IMG/VR virus record: IMGVR_UViG_3300049182_000044
Coordinates: 1-64,000 of that record
Source: a virus
Taxonomy: Duplodnaviria > Caudoviricetes
Reading direction: 5' to 3' (one strand)
DNA length: 64,000 bases
Of the stretch, positions 36,227-46,610 are shown one piece after another (position 1 is the stretch's first letter; every line of letters begins with the position of its first letter). The translations under genes and the position numbers were made by a program. The notes under the pieces are model-generated. The model was not told the DNA's origin and did not search any database. It saw only the letters and a program-made list of their open reading frames with translations.

Positions 36227-37408
36227 ATGCAACATCGTCAACAGGTGGTGAACTTCCGAACGTCAGAGTTTCCTCTGTCGGGAGCATTTGCACCTTTCCT
36301 ACTCAAGCCGAGGATGACGTACATCAACATCGGTGACCTCTTTGAATATGTCGCTGATCTGCTCTGGCACACAACTGGCGTCTTGACCAATCGCGTTGAC
36401 TTCACACTCGTCAACGCTTTCTCGCCCTTCACCGGATTCTCATACGGCTCTCACCCCATCCCGCCTAAACTTGCTTGGCCGACTGGGAAGAGCCTTATCC
36501 TTACCTTTGCGATCAGTGCGATCGACCCGTACACTGAAACGACAGAGCTGAAACTGAATCAAACGGCACGGCTGAGCAACAAGCATACTCGCTGGAGCTA
36601 TAGAGACGGTGCGCAGGACTATGTTTCGATTTCGGTGGACACCACAGTCGGTGCAGAGCTTGGCATTCGCTACCCCAAATTCAATGAGCTGCAATACATC
36701 TACAACTTGATCGGTGCAATGTCGAAGTCTATGGTTCGCCGTCAGACGGTTTATCGCAGCCCGAACGAGTCGTATGAAGAGCTGCACGAAAGCTATTCTC
36801 TGGTGAATTTGCATTCGCGCATTTTCAACATGCCGATCAAGAACTTGTTCAATCAGATTCCGTACCACTTGTGGGTGTTCAATGGCAACCTCTGGCGTTT
36901 GGCACCTAATGTCATCCCCCAGCGTTTGATTACCCCTCAGGCAGCCCTGTACTTCTTCATGTATCTGAGCGATGTAACTCGCTTCTCGCGCTGTGTCGGC
37001 GACGTGACGATGAAACGTCTCGGTCTCGAACTTGGAACTACGGAAGAAGGCATCGTCGGTCTGCTGACCAAGAGCGTGCTGAATATGGTGCAAATGATTA
37101 AGACTCCGGGCGACCGTGATCTGTCTGATCTGGAATTGCTTGCACCAGCGGTCCTTCAGGCGCTCCTGATTACAGGCAGCTCGACGATCAAGACACGTTC
37201 CTCATATCGTGCAGATCTCATTGCAAGTACAAAGATGTTGATCGAGGACCTTCAGGCACGCGAGAACGATCTCGGGCACTTGTTTATGCCGCCACGCGAA
37301 ACAGCACGCAAACTCATTTTAGAGGATCGCAACTACATTCGGATGATCGAGAACGCAATGGTGTTCCCTCAGTCGGATTTAGATAGCGATCCAATGGAGG
37401 TATCATGA
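36227..37408 (+). CDS. Hypothetical protein (late block)
   Basis: 393-aa ORF with GGAG RBS. Confidence 0.7.
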   Translation: MQHRQQVVNFRTSEFPLSGAFAPFLLKPRMTYINIGDLFEYVADLLWHTTGVLTNRVDFTLVNAFSPFTGFSYGSHPIPPKLAWPTGKSLILTFAISAIDPYTETTELKLNQTARLSNKHTRWSYRDGAQDYVSISVDTTVGAELGIRYPKFNELQYIYNLIGAMSKSMVRRQTVYRSPNESYEELHESYSLVNLHSRIFNMPIKNLFNQIPYHLWVFNGNLWRLAPNVIPQRLITPQAALYFFMYLSDVTRFSRCVGDVTMKRLGLELGTTEEGIVGLLTKSVLNMVQMIKTPGDRDLSDLELLAPAVLQALLITGSSTIKTRSSYRADLIASTKMLIEDLQARENDLGHLFMPPRETARKLILEDRNYIRMIENAMVFPQSDLDSDPMEVS

Positions 37409-38550
37409 TTCACTATGCGATTGACGGAGCCGTACTTGCGGTGACGCAGAAGTTCATTGACGAGGACTCGGAACAGCCTTTGCTTGCCGCTCCTGGGTAT
37501 CCTCAAGTCAAACTGATTGATGCGGAAAAGAATCGCCTGAGTTCTACTATCGGTAGCCCGACCGCTATCCCAGGTGAATGGAGTGCCAATATCTCTATTC
37601 CGAATCTGGGAGTTGCTGACAAGACTGAGCTACGTTTGATCTGGCGTTTTCTCACCACCGATAACGAGCGCATTGTCGAGAAGGATGTGGTGGTTGTCGA
37701 GCCGCGTGTGGAGTCTCGCGTTTCGGATATCGTTGCGGTGTTCGGTGATCAGAAATTCGCACTGACGTTGCCCGTGTACTTCGGTGGCACAGATACGGCT
37801 GAGTATTATCTGTATCGTGACAACGATATGATTCTGAGTGCCCCAGGTAACCTGGCTGACACCGCGCTCTATCAACGCACTACAACGGTTGACCGTACCA
37901 ATTTCCTACTTCCTCTGAATGTGCCGAATCCTTCGCTTCAAGCCTATCTGGTACGTGTCGATGTGGTGCCATGTGGCGTCGGTCACAAGAAGACGTTCAC
38001 GTACAAGTTGTGGGCGGTGACTCCTCAAATCATGAAGGGCATGTCCTTCTTGGAGGACTTCCTGAATAAGGCAAAAATCGAGAACACGATCCCCGAATTG
38101 CAGTACACGGATGGCGACTTGATTAACTATCTCGAACGCGGTCTGAATCTGTTCAACATGGTAGGCTCTATGCCCACCGCCTTCACCGGCACGAACATGC
38201 AGGGTGTGCTGTTTGATGCATGGGTGACCTGTGCTTCGTACTATGCGCTGGGCGCTCAATTGATGGCTGAGGGCGCATTGGCATTCGATTTCAGTGGTCA
38301 AGGTATTTCGCTGAACGTTGATCGTACCCCGCAGCTTGACTCTGCGCTGGGGCGTATTGAGAGCATGATCGACAGCCGCATCGTCCCGCTCAAGAAAGCT
38401 CTGCAAACTCAGGGCGTTACCAGTGGTGACGGTTCTGTGGGTAAGACCACAATGCGTAATTCAGCTAATCTCGGAACACTCGGACTGACGAATGCTGCGA
38501 CAACTCGTATCCGCGGTGTGCAGAACACCTTCGTCGGCAAGAGGTGGTGA
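37405..38550 (+). CDS. Probable head-tail adaptor/neck protein
   Basis: Ig-like N-terminal half; C-terminal YTDGDL..L..GL..FN and FDFSGQG.SL.VDR resemble head-tail connector proteins. Confidence 0.5.
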   Translation: MIHYAIDGAVLAVTQKFIDEDSEQPLLAAPGYPQVKLIDAEKNRLSSTIGSPTAIPGEWSANISIPNLGVADKTELRLIWRFLTTDNERIVEKDVVVVEPRVESRVSDIVAVFGDQKFALTLPVYFGGTDTAEYYLYRDNDMILSAPGNLADTALYQRTTTVDRTNFLLPLNVPNPSLQAYLVRVDVVPCGVGHKKTFTYKLWAVTPQIMKGMSFLEDFLNKAKIENTIPELQYTDGDLINYLERGLNLFNMVGSMPTAFTGTNMQGVLFDAWVTCASYYALGAQLMAEGALAFDFSGQGISLNVDRTPQLDSALGRIESMIDSRIVPLKKALQTQGVTSGDGSVGKTTMRNSANLGTLGLTNAATTRIRGVQNTFVGKRW

Positions 38551-38783
38551 TGAGTTCTCTTTGGGAAAGTCCTTCGATTGTCCCAGCGTTATACAAACAG
38601 TTTGGCTGGAAGAAGTCCAGTCAGACTGAAAAGAGTTACAGCATTACAGAGCGTACAGATGGACAGTACGAAGTGAATGTAGACATATTTAGAAGCTTAG
38701 GTGGCTGTCTTGTTGAGGCTGGCCATCAGCATAAAGTATGCCGCAGTTTGACTGAAGCTCAGTCCTATTTAAAACGTTTATGA
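38544..38783 (+). CDS. Hypothetical protein
   Basis: 79-aa coupled ORF. Confidence 0.5.
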   Translation: MVMSSLWESPSIVPALYKQFGWKKSSQTEKSYSITERTDGQYEVNVDIFRSLGGCLVEAGHQHKVCRSLTEAQSYLKRL

Positions 38784-38790
38784 GGCTAAC

Positions 38791-40092
38791 ATGCCATTAG
38801 TTTATGTCCCCCGCAAAAAGAAGCTCGCTCAGATCATTCAAGAGCTATTCGTTAATGCGTCCTCTGTAGGAGCTTTCGGTACTGCGCTGAATGTGCCAGT
38901 CCCGTCAGGCGTGCAGAACGGCGACCTGCTGATTATGTGTATCACAGCAGCCTCTGCCTATACCGACCCGGTCGGCTGGACGCTGGTGTCAGCCTACACC
39001 TGGTCCTATGGATATCATAGCCGGATCTACAAGCGTACAGCCAGCAACGAGCCTGCAGCTTATTCGGTGGTTCCCTCTCAGACTGAGAGCCTCGGAACGA
39101 TCATGGCGTACCGTGGGAAGACAGAGGTGGACGTCGTAGGAACATGGAGTGAGGGCTTGCAGAACTTGGCTATGTCGAGTATAACTACTACGGTGCCAGA
39201 CACGATCCTCATTTCCTATGCTGCAGATCGTTCGCCAACTAGCCCTTCAGCCCCTGCTGGAATGACCTCCCGCGCAGCCTATGCAGGAACATATCTGGGT
39301 TTCCGCGCATCCGATCAAACTCTCGGTGCCGCTGGAGCAACCGGAACACGAAGTGCGGTCGGAGGCACTCAATACAACAGCGCAGGCATCTTGTTTGCGT
39401 TGAGGGGCGGTTTCGACCCATACTGGAATAAGGTAGTCGCGTTGCTGCATCTGGACGGCGCTAACGGCTCCTCGGTGTACACAGACTCGTCGTCACTTGC
39501 TAAGTCCTATAGTTCTCTTGGATCGACGCTGCTGCTCTCAACTACTCAAAAGAAATTTGGCGCTTCCAGTTTACGTACTGCTAATTCAGGAGCTATAGCT
39601 ACCTCTAACCGGGACGGCGCTTTCGATTTCGGCACGGAAGACTTCACGATTGAATTCCAGCATTTCTACGTCCCTGGTGAAGCTGCATCTTATGGTACAT
39701 TCTTCGATATCGGTAGTCAGAAGCTGTCAGTTCAGTTCGGAAATGACACCTCTAAGATGCTCTTCTACGCTTCCGGCGGAGGCGTAACTGGACTGTCGGA
39801 CGGCGTAGGTGTCGCACACGGAATGGTAGCGAATACATGGAATCACGTGGCTGCAGTTCGGCATGGCTCAAACGCATATTTGCTCATTAACGGCGTGAAG
39901 CAGGTCATTTCCACTAACGTATCAGGGTCTATCATTGGTTCCACTGCCTCCAGTACAGTGGCGGCTATCGGCAATTACAGTGGTGGCCAAACATATTCAC
40001 CTGGCGGCTATATGGACGAAGTTCGAGTTACGAAGGGCGTCGCTCGTTACACTGCAGATTTCTCGGTCCCGTCAGCTGCTTTCACTGCGTAA
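38791..40092 (+). CDS. Virion protein with C-terminal LamG/concanavalin-A-like domain
   Basis: LLHLDG..DFTIE..WNHVAAVR..YMDEVRVTKGVARY. Confidence 0.8.
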   Translation: MPLVYVPRKKKLAQIIQELFVNASSVGAFGTALNVPVPSGVQNGDLLIMCITAASAYTDPVGWTLVSAYTWSYGYHSRIYKRTASNEPAAYSVVPSQTESLGTIMAYRGKTEVDVVGTWSEGLQNLAMSSITTTVPDTILISYAADRSPTSPSAPAGMTSRAAYAGTYLGFRASDQTLGAAGATGTRSAVGGTQYNSAGILFALRGGFDPYWNKVVALLHLDGANGSSVYTDSSSLAKSYSSLGSTLLLSTTQKKFGASSLRTANSGAIATSNRDGAFDFGTEDFTIEFQHFYVPGEAASYGTFFDIGSQKLSVQFGNDTSKMLFYASGGGVTGLSDGVGVAHGMVANTWNHVAAVRHGSNAYLLINGVKQVISTNVSGSIIGSTASSTVAAIGNYSGGQTYSPGGYMDEVRVTKGVARYTADFSVPSAAFTA

Positions 40093-40196
40093 TAGTTGCA
40101 GAACCAAGCAAAACATCGTAATTTTCATGCATAGGAAAGCGCATCCTATTAAACATCCTATGCATAGTAAACTCAATCCTTATAAGGAGCAAGAAA

Positions 40197-41069
40197 ATGA
40201 AGAATTCCCGTTCGCAAGGCACGATGCGTGCTGTTATTGCTGGCGCACGTACCGGTGAGCCAGTTGTTGAAGTCAAGAGCTACGCACTGGCTGGTGCGGG
40301 TATGGCTCGCGTCCTCGTGGAAGTGACCCACACGGAAGAATCTCGCAAGGACCCGTCCGTGATCGCATCCGCAATCCGCGCCCGTCTCGACAACAAGATG
40401 GAAGCTGTTGCAGGCTCCTTCACCACCGTCGAGAAAGGCTCCTTCGTTGAACGCATCACCGGCATCGTTTCGACGATTCGCAAGGCGATTCCGGTCACCG
40501 AAGAGAACATGAAGGGCTTCCGTGCTACGGCTGCCAATATGTTCATGGACGAAGAGAAGGAAATGTGGGCACTCCACAAGACCCAAGCAGGCCAGATTCT
40601 GGTCCAGACCACCGGCATCGGCGACGATATGTCCCTGGTCAATCTGCTTGATTCCTGCTCCAGCGCTGGCTTCCGCAACAGCCCTGACTACGGCCGTCTG
40701 AGCGCCATGGCTTCGGCTACCGCTACTCAAGTTCAAGGTGGCGATTTCGTCTCCTACGTGAACTTCGACAACTCGATCGGCCTGGGCTTTGTCGTGGCTA
40801 CCGCTGCTGACACCGACGACATTCTGGTACTGCCGCACGGCGCCGAAGAAGCAGAAGCAATCAAGCGCGCTGCTGTCACCCAGATCCATGCACAAGACGA
40901 GTTCCCGGCTCACGAGCTGACCTCGGAAGAGCAAGTCGAGCAAGTCGTGGCATCGGCACGTGGCGTGTCGGTTGAAGACCTCCTGTCGTTCTACAAGAAG
41001 GTGTTCGCACGTAACGCCAAGTTCTATGACCTGTTTGCCGCCCGCGTCCGTAGCCATCAGTTCATGTAA
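40197..41069 (+). CDS. Probable abundant capsid-associated structural protein
   Basis: AAGGAG RBS, strongly biased codons, own terminator. Confidence 0.55.
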   Translation: MKNSRSQGTMRAVIAGARTGEPVVEVKSYALAGAGMARVLVEVTHTEESRKDPSVIASAIRARLDNKMEAVAGSFTTVEKGSFVERITGIVSTIRKAIPVTEENMKGFRATAANMFMDEEKEMWALHKTQAGQILVQTTGIGDDMSLVNLLDSCSSAGFRNSPDYGRLSAMASATATQVQGGDFVSYVNFDNSIGLGFVVATAADTDDILVLPHGAEEAEAIKRAAVTQIHAQDEFPAHELTSEEQVEQVVASARGVSVEDLLSFYKKVFARNAKFYDLFAARVRSHQFM

Positions 41070-41091
41070 TCGGCAAGTGCAATAAATCGAG

Positions 41092-41118
41092 TGGCCGGGA
41101 AACCGGCCATTCCTTTTA
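41092..41118 (+). terminator. Intrinsic terminator (GAAA tetraloop)
   Basis: TGGCCGG-GAAA-CCGGCCA followed by TTCCTTTT. Confidence 0.75.
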
Positions 41119-41148
41119 TGGAGCATTGAAAACATTCGGAATTTTAAC

Positions 41149-41871
41149 ATGGCCAAGATCCTTATTTCTCTTTCAGCTGCGGCTGACCCTAGCTGGAAGA
41201 AAAGCAAATGGTTTCCTAAGAAGGTCCCTAGTGGTGAATCTGCAACTAAGCTTGCCTACGATAATATGCTGAAGGAAGCTCTGCAATCGTTTCCGGCACC
41301 TATTATTAAGCTTCTTCAAACTCAGGGCGTACACGTCGGTGGTAATTCCGTGTTCGACGCAATTCCTGATTTCATGTATGATTTTGAAGAGGCGGCTGCA
41401 GACTGGTTGTTTGAGGTATCGCTCGAAAACTTCTACAAAAACATTACTACGACTGGCAAGTTCTTCACAAAGTTGCACACGCAACTCTCCAAGTGCATGA
41501 AGACCTGGGCGGCTTACAATAAGTTGAATATCGACAGTAAGTATCCCGAATACTCTGCAGCAGTTAAGAAGATCAAGATGCCAGTTATTTCCATATCTTC
41601 TGACAACTCGCTAGCACCAAAAACTATTTCGTATGAGCCGGAGCTTGGAGCATCTTACGTGCAGATGTTTGCTAACGGTAAGCTGGCGGAACAGTTTGGT
41701 TTTGATTCCAGGGCAGCAAATTCTGCAGATCTTGCAGTAGCTAATGCTTTCTTGCTTCTCGTATCGCGAACCGAAAGAGGATATTTTCAACTGTTCACCG
41801 ACACATGGCGTTTCAAGAGCACACTTGCGGCGCCAAAGCCTGCGTCGAAAAAAGACTATACAAACTTTTAG
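41149..41871 (+). CDS. Putative internal head protein (MAKILISLSA)
   Basis: N-terminal motif shared with neighbours. Confidence 0.55.
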   Translation: MAKILISLSAAADPSWKKSKWFPKKVPSGESATKLAYDNMLKEALQSFPAPIIKLLQTQGVHVGGNSVFDAIPDFMYDFEEAAADWLFEVSLENFYKNITTTGKFFTKLHTQLSKCMKTWAAYNKLNIDSKYPEYSAAVKKIKMPVISISSDNSLAPKTISYEPELGASYVQMFANGKLAEQFGFDSRAANSADLAVANAFLLLVSRTERGYFQLFTDTWRFKSTLAAPKPASKKDYTNF

Positions 41872-41882
41872 AGAGCTTGATA

Positions 41883-42029
41883 ATGAAAACCGCTCTTTTG
41901 ATGGTAACGTGGCAGAAGCACTTCATCGAAGCCGTGTTTGGCCCGTATGTCGCAATGACAGAGGCCATGATGTCTATCGTGATGAAAAACGCGATTTCCC
42001 GCACGGCGCAATTGCTCAAACCTACGTGA
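41883..42029 (+). CDS. Small hypothetical protein
   Basis: 48-aa ORF starting MKTALL. Confidence 0.35.
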   Translation: MKTALLMVTWQKHFIEAVFGPYVAMTEAMMSIVMKNAISRTAQLLKPT

Positions 42030-42175
42030 TTCTGCGTCGTACCTGAACCCCTGTGCGTCGTTTGACAGATCGTGAACTTTGTGATATACTGGAATCGTGA
42101 AGGAGCTCTGCACCGCGTCGTTCAGGACCTTCAGGTTTGCGAAATTCACCAACCATCAAATTCAGGGAGTTCATC

Positions 42176-42799
42176 ATGGCACGCAAAGCACAACCGAAGA
42201 GCAGCAATAAGCGCTACTTCATCGTTGATGATCTGGCTAAGGTCATCCACTACGGCCCGTTCAACAGCTTTAAAGAAGGCGGTGCAGAATGGGACAGGCT
42301 TGAGGCCGAGTGGGTTGCTGCAAACCCCAGGCCCAAGCGTAAAAATCTGCCTCACGCATATCCGCTGTGCTTGGTTCCCGAACATGACCTCGACAAAGAG
42401 TTCAAGTTCGCTAAGGGCGTGAAGCGCGTGAAGCTGCGTCTGCCGATTCATTTGACCACGAAGTCCGGCTTCAACGTGATGCAGTACGGGGCCGAGGTTG
42501 AAGTCGATTTCGCCAGCATGGACTACGTTGGTCGCATCGACTACACGGACCTCGAAAAGGTGTTCGACCTGCGCAAAGGCGTTCCTGTCAGGCTGTTTGA
42601 TTCGACGCGCTTGTTCATGCGCGGTACACCTGAGAAGATTCTCCCGGCGTTGCAGACGATGTTGAACAATACGCCGAAAACATTTACCGCGCTGAGCAAG
42701 CTGAACTTCACTAGAAACTTCGTGAAAGCGCTTTTCACTTACGTCGGCGATTTGCAGGCAGCGATCAATGCTGTTCAGCAGTACGTCGATAGCGAATAA
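42176..42799 (+). CDS. Hypothetical protein
   Basis: Start moved to MARKAQ at 42176 (GGGAG RBS). Confidence 0.7.
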   Translation: MARKAQPKSSNKRYFIVDDLAKVIHYGPFNSFKEGGAEWDRLEAEWVAANPRPKRKNLPHAYPLCLVPEHDLDKEFKFAKGVKRVKLRLPIHLTTKSGFNVMQYGAEVEVDFASMDYVGRIDYTDLEKVFDLRKGVPVRLFDSTRLFMRGTPEKILPALQTMLNNTPKTFTALSKLNFTRNFVKALFTYVGDLQAAINAVQQYVDSE

Positions 42800-42811
42800 T
42801 AGAAGTAAATA

Positions 42812-42819
42812 CTGTAAAA
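42812..42819 (+). promoter_or_regulatory. Candidate phage promoter CTGTAAAA
   Basis: 66 nt upstream of ORF 42885. Confidence 0.5.
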
Positions 42820-42884
42820 AGACGGTGCAAACGCACTGTTTCACCCCGTTTTCCACAACAAACCTTTCATAGAAAGACCATACC

Positions 42885-43679
42885 GTGAACGCTAAAGTCA
42901 TCGTTTCCCTGTCCGCTTCCAGCAACAACTTCCTGAACAACGACAATCATCTGAACGTCGCCAAGGTTCAGGAACTGAATGGCAAGATCAAGGAAGCTCT
43001 CAAGGAACTCCCGACCGTCAATGAAAAAGGCAAGGCAATCAAGCCGCCGAAGCCGCTCACCACTTACACGATCAAGCGTAAGGCCAAGATCGTCAAGTTC
43101 GACAGCGCGCTCAACAACGCTGGCAACCTGACATACCTGGCACGTCGCGCAATCCCGGTTAAGGAATGCAAGCGCCTGACCGAACGCGGTGCAGTTCGCA
43201 ACCTCGACATCCTGACCGTGTACGACAAGGAAGTCATCGGCGACAAGCTGTACAAGCAGTGCAAGGAAGCAATGGCGGCAATGAAGACCCACATGGGCCG
43301 TGCCGACAAGACCAAGGAATCGGTCAAGAAGGAAAAGCTGGTCATTCGTGATGCCAATAACAAGGAATTCGCTCGTGGCGTCGCTGCATTCAAGAAATTC
43401 CTGAAGGCAGCAGGCGTTGACCTGGGCAAGGACCTCGTTGAATCGTCCGGCGGCATGGGTGGCAAGGCTGTGCTGTTCCGCCTCGACAAAGAGACGGTTG
43501 TCAGCATCGGTCGTTCCGACACCTCGAAGTTCAAGGCTGCAAAGAAGGCAGCTGAAGAAGCGGGCGACGAAGGCGACGACGAAGATGTGAAGCCGGCCAA
43601 GAACGTCAAGAAGGTCAAGAAAGACGGCGACAAGAAGAAGGTCAAGAAGAACGGCCTGAAGAAGAAGTCCAAGAAGTAA
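42885..43679 (+). CDS. Putative internal head protein (MNAKVIVSLSA) with acidic-then-basic tail
   Basis: GTG start; N-terminal motif; tail DEGDDED..KKKSKK. Confidence 0.6.
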   Translation: MNAKVIVSLSASSNNFLNNDNHLNVAKVQELNGKIKEALKELPTVNEKGKAIKPPKPLTTYTIKRKAKIVKFDSALNNAGNLTYLARRAIPVKECKRLTERGAVRNLDILTVYDKEVIGDKLYKQCKEAMAAMKTHMGRADKTKESVKKEKLVIRDANNKEFARGVAAFKKFLKAAGVDLGKDLVESSGGMGGKAVLFRLDKETVVSIGRSDTSKFKAAKKAAEEAGDEGDDEDVKPAKNVKKVKKDGDKKKVKKNGLKKKSKK

Positions 43680-43695
43680 TAACTGATAGCCGGCG

Positions 43696-43723
43696 AGGGA
43701 ACGTGTTCATTCACGTTCCCTTT
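43696..43723 (+). terminator. Intrinsic terminator
   Basis: AGGGAACGTG / CACGTTCCCT-TT. Confidence 0.75.
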
Positions 43724-43742
43724 CCTGCGTTATGGAGCAATC

Positions 43743-44021
43743 ATGTCTAAGATTCAGATTAGCATCGGTAGTGTAGGGCGCATCAAGAATGCAAAAATCC
43801 GCATACCTATCGGTCGCGATTTCTCTTCGATCTTCAAACGTGTGCAGAACCAAGCTGCGATCATGCAGAATGCTGGCGCACAGATGAAGGAAGACCTTGT
43901 TACGTTGACCAAAGCCGCCACGCCTCAGGCGATGACTTCCGAGGAAGTTGATAATTTATTGGCATCGTTGGATGAGGTCGAGAAGTATCTTAAGCTTGCT
44001 CGTTCCAAAGTCAAACAATAA
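43743..44021 (+). CDS. Hypothetical protein (MSKIQISIGS)
   Basis: GGAG RBS; variant N-terminal motif. Confidence 0.65.
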   Translation: MSKIQISIGSVGRIKNAKIRIPIGRDFSSIFKRVQNQAAIMQNAGAQMKEDLVTLTKAATPQAMTSEEVDNLLASLDEVEKYLKLARSKVKQ

Positions 44022-44041
44022 CCCACTAATTGGAGTAGCTC

Positions 44042-44719
44042 ATGACTAAGAAAGCTAAAGTAATCGTCGCAAAGACCAAACCCGCAGCCACAAAGAAAGC
44101 AAAGGTGTTGATCGCAACTTCGGCTGCCAAGAAAGCACCTAAGCCTGCAACCAATGCACAGCACGGAACCTTGATGGGCGTGTATGCCGACCTGGAACAG
44201 ATTCATGAAGAGCTCGAGGACAGCCTCGACAACGTGTCTGATCTGATGGACGAAGTTGAGGCATTGAAAGAAGGCACCTTCACTACTGAAGGCGCTAAGG
44301 CTTTCATCGCCAAGCTGAAAGATGCAATGAAGACCGTGAAGCCTATGATCTCGGCATCGCGCAACCTCGAAAAGGCCCTTATCAAGGCACGTGACGTTGG
44401 CACGAAGAGCGAGATCAAGCCCACTGAAACTGGAGGCGATGCAAACGTCCCGGTGGGTGACGACAGTGACAAAGCCTCGCCTCAAGGCGACATATACACT
44501 GTATACTCCACACTCGGCAACGATGACATTAACTCGATCGTTCGCGCCAAGTCGAAGGCCGAGGCGAAGAAAAAAGCAAAAGATCTGGTCGCGGGCACCG
44601 TGCAATCTGTGATGAAAATGGCTGAGCATGAGATCGAAGGCCAAGGCATTACTGCGAAGCACATTGCACGTATGGACAGCAAAGGCTTTTACGAGTATCG
44701 ACGCGACGGTGGCATTTAA
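44042..44719 (+). CDS. Coiled-coil protein with duplicated TKKAKV[IL][VI]A leader
   Basis: GGAG RBS. Confidence 0.65.
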   Translation: MTKKAKVIVAKTKPAATKKAKVLIATSAAKKAPKPATNAQHGTLMGVYADLEQIHEELEDSLDNVSDLMDEVEALKEGTFTTEGAKAFIAKLKDAMKTVKPMISASRNLEKALIKARDVGTKSEIKPTETGGDANVPVGDDSDKASPQGDIYTVYSTLGNDDINSIVRAKSKAEAKKKAKDLVAGTVQSVMKMAEHEIEGQGITAKHIARMDSKGFYEYRRDGGI

Positions 44720-44734
44720 ACAGCTGAGGCCTAT

Positions 44735-45163
44735 ATGACCAAGAAGATCAAAATCATGGTGTCGCAATCGAAGTCGAAATTCGGCACCGCTTGGGCTGTC
44801 ATTCGTGACCCCAGCAATGGCAAGTACCTTATCTGTCGCCGTGGCCCTACTGCTAACAACGCGGGTCAGTGGGGCTTCCCTGGTGGCGGAGTGGATGAAG
44901 GTGAGATGCACATCGAGGCCTGCGCTCGTGAAACCTGGGAAGAAATTCAGGTCCGGCTCGCTGTGAAGAACTTTCATGCTGTCGCGCATAGCCCTGACTC
45001 TGCGGTCATCTGGTTCGAGGTATTCAAGCTCGTTCAGCCAAAGGCTACGGAAGAAGTCGATCAGTTCAAGTGGGTACACCCGTATGACCTATACAAGTAC
45101 ACCTTGCACAAGAGCATCAAGGACTATTTCAAGGCACTTCGCTTAGGTGCAAAGACTCTCTAA
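44735..45163 (+). CDS. Nudix hydrolase
   Basis: WGFPGGGVDEGEMHIEACARETWEEIQ is a Nudix box. Confidence 0.9.
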   Translation: MTKKIKIMVSQSKSKFGTAWAVIRDPSNGKYLICRRGPTANNAGQWGFPGGGVDEGEMHIEACARETWEEIQVRLAVKNFHAVAHSPDSAVIWFEVFKLVQPKATEEVDQFKWVHPYDLYKYTLHKSIKDYFKALRLGAKTL

Positions 45164-45172
45164 GGAAGCATC

Positions 45173-45982
45173 ATGCGAAAACTTTCTCAAGCAGACTACG
45201 AGGCAAAGCTGAAAACGATAGTTCCTACTATCGAATGTCTCGGTCTCTACAAGTCGTCTGCTAAGAAGGTCAAGCACGCCTGTACCGTTTGTGGCTACTG
45301 CTGGGATGTGGTTCCGTCCTCATTCCTGCATCGTGGTTACGGCTGTCCAAAGTGCAACGGTACAGGTGGCAATGGTGGTATGCAAGAGGGCATTTACGTT
45401 GACCGTTTGTTTGAAGTCAACCCAAACATCCTGTTCATCGGCCCTTTTGTGTCAACTGACAGGGACGCTTTGCATAACTGCTTGCAGTGCGGTGAAGACT
45501 TCGAGATACTTCCTGCAAACGCTTTACGTGGTCGCGGGTGTTCGTCATGTTCTACTGAAAACCGTTCTGCATTTGGCAATGCATGGAAGACTCACGAAAG
45601 CACAGGTATGCGAGTACAAGGATTTGAGACCTTTGCACTCGACTATTTGAAAAAGAGCTTGCACGATTTCAGGCACTACACCTTCAAAATAAGCGAAGGC
45701 AAGCCTGTCATCCAGTATGTCGAGAATGGGAAAACTCGCAAATACTTTCCTGACTTCTATCGCCCCTTTAGCAGGACGGTTATCGAAGTGAAATCAACGT
45801 ACACCTTCTTAGGCACGAAAGAGATGTTTCAAAACATCAGTGCCAAAAGGCAAGCCTGCGTAACACAAGGATACAAATTCAAGCTGTTGCTTATGAGTCG
45901 CACTGGTAGGCGCTTGAAGGTGCCGATCAATTGGTGGCTCATGCCTTACGAGGAATTACACGCAAAGGTTTATCATGCTTAA
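45173..45982 (+). CDS. Putative free-standing homing endonuclease (Zn-ribbon repeats plus PD-(D/E)xK)
   Basis: CTVC..CPKC, CLQC..CSSC, YFPDFY..IEVKS. Confidence 0.7.
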   Translation: MRKLSQADYEAKLKTIVPTIECLGLYKSSAKKVKHACTVCGYCWDVVPSSFLHRGYGCPKCNGTGGNGGMQEGIYVDRLFEVNPNILFIGPFVSTDRDALHNCLQCGEDFEILPANALRGRGCSSCSTENRSAFGNAWKTHESTGMRVQGFETFALDYLKKSLHDFRHYTFKISEGKPVIQYVENGKTRKYFPDFYRPFSRTVIEVKSTYTFLGTKEMFQNISAKRQACVTQGYKFKLLLMSRTGRRLKVPINWWLMPYEELHAKVYHA

Positions 45983-46607
45983 GAAGAAAGACTCCTCAGG
46001 GCTTGGGAAGAAAAAGAAAGTCAGCACCGAAATGGTGGTGGTTGATTCTAGCAAGCCTGTAGAAAAGAAGAAAAAGAAACTGAAGGCACATTCGCCTAAA
46101 GCAATCGAAAAGGCAAAGAACAAGTTGGTTGCGAAAGAGGCAGAAATCGAGCAAGAGCTTCAAACGCTGGAAATTCCAAAAGGTCGGACGCCGGATGAAC
46201 GCCGAATGCTTGAAGAGTATTCGCGCATGCTGTACATGAACTCCCAACTGATTAAGCGGATGAAAAAGAAGCTTAAGGAGAACTTGAACAGCAAGGACAT
46301 CTATGCGTTGTCAACTCTCATGAGTCAGCAGCGCGAAGTGATTGCCGATATTCGTTCCGTGTCTGATATGTCAGGTCAGGTTGCGACGTTGGAAGCGAAT
46401 ATGTTGCAACCCATGGTGCGTAGCATCGGCCAGAACATGCTCGATTCGTTCTACCAATTGCGCAAGCTTATTATCGAGACCTCGAAGCCGAACGAAACGC
46501 AATTCGCATTACAGAAGCTGGACGAGATCACCAAAGAGCAGGGCAAGTTCCTGCACATGCAGTACGGTGATGCGGTCGGCAAGATCAGTCAAATCATGAT
46601 GGGATAA
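45975..46607 (+). CDS. Helical protein with basic N-terminus (terminase small subunit is possible but unsupported)
   Basis: Lys-rich N-terminus, coiled-coil core. Confidence 0.4.
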   Translation: MLKKKDSSGLGKKKKVSTEMVVVDSSKPVEKKKKKLKAHSPKAIEKAKNKLVAKEAEIEQELQTLEIPKGRTPDERRMLEEYSRMLYMNSQLIKRMKKKLKENLNSKDIYALSTLMSQQREVIADIRSVSDMSGQVATLEANMLQPMVRSIGQNMLDSFYQLRKLIIETSKPNETQFALQKLDEITKEQGKFLHMQYGDAVGKISQIMMG

Positions 46608-46610
46608 ATC

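Noticed and set aside
45975-46607. Terminase small subunit call
   Set aside because: Only size and helical/basic character support it; no large terminase or portal is adjacent in this window.
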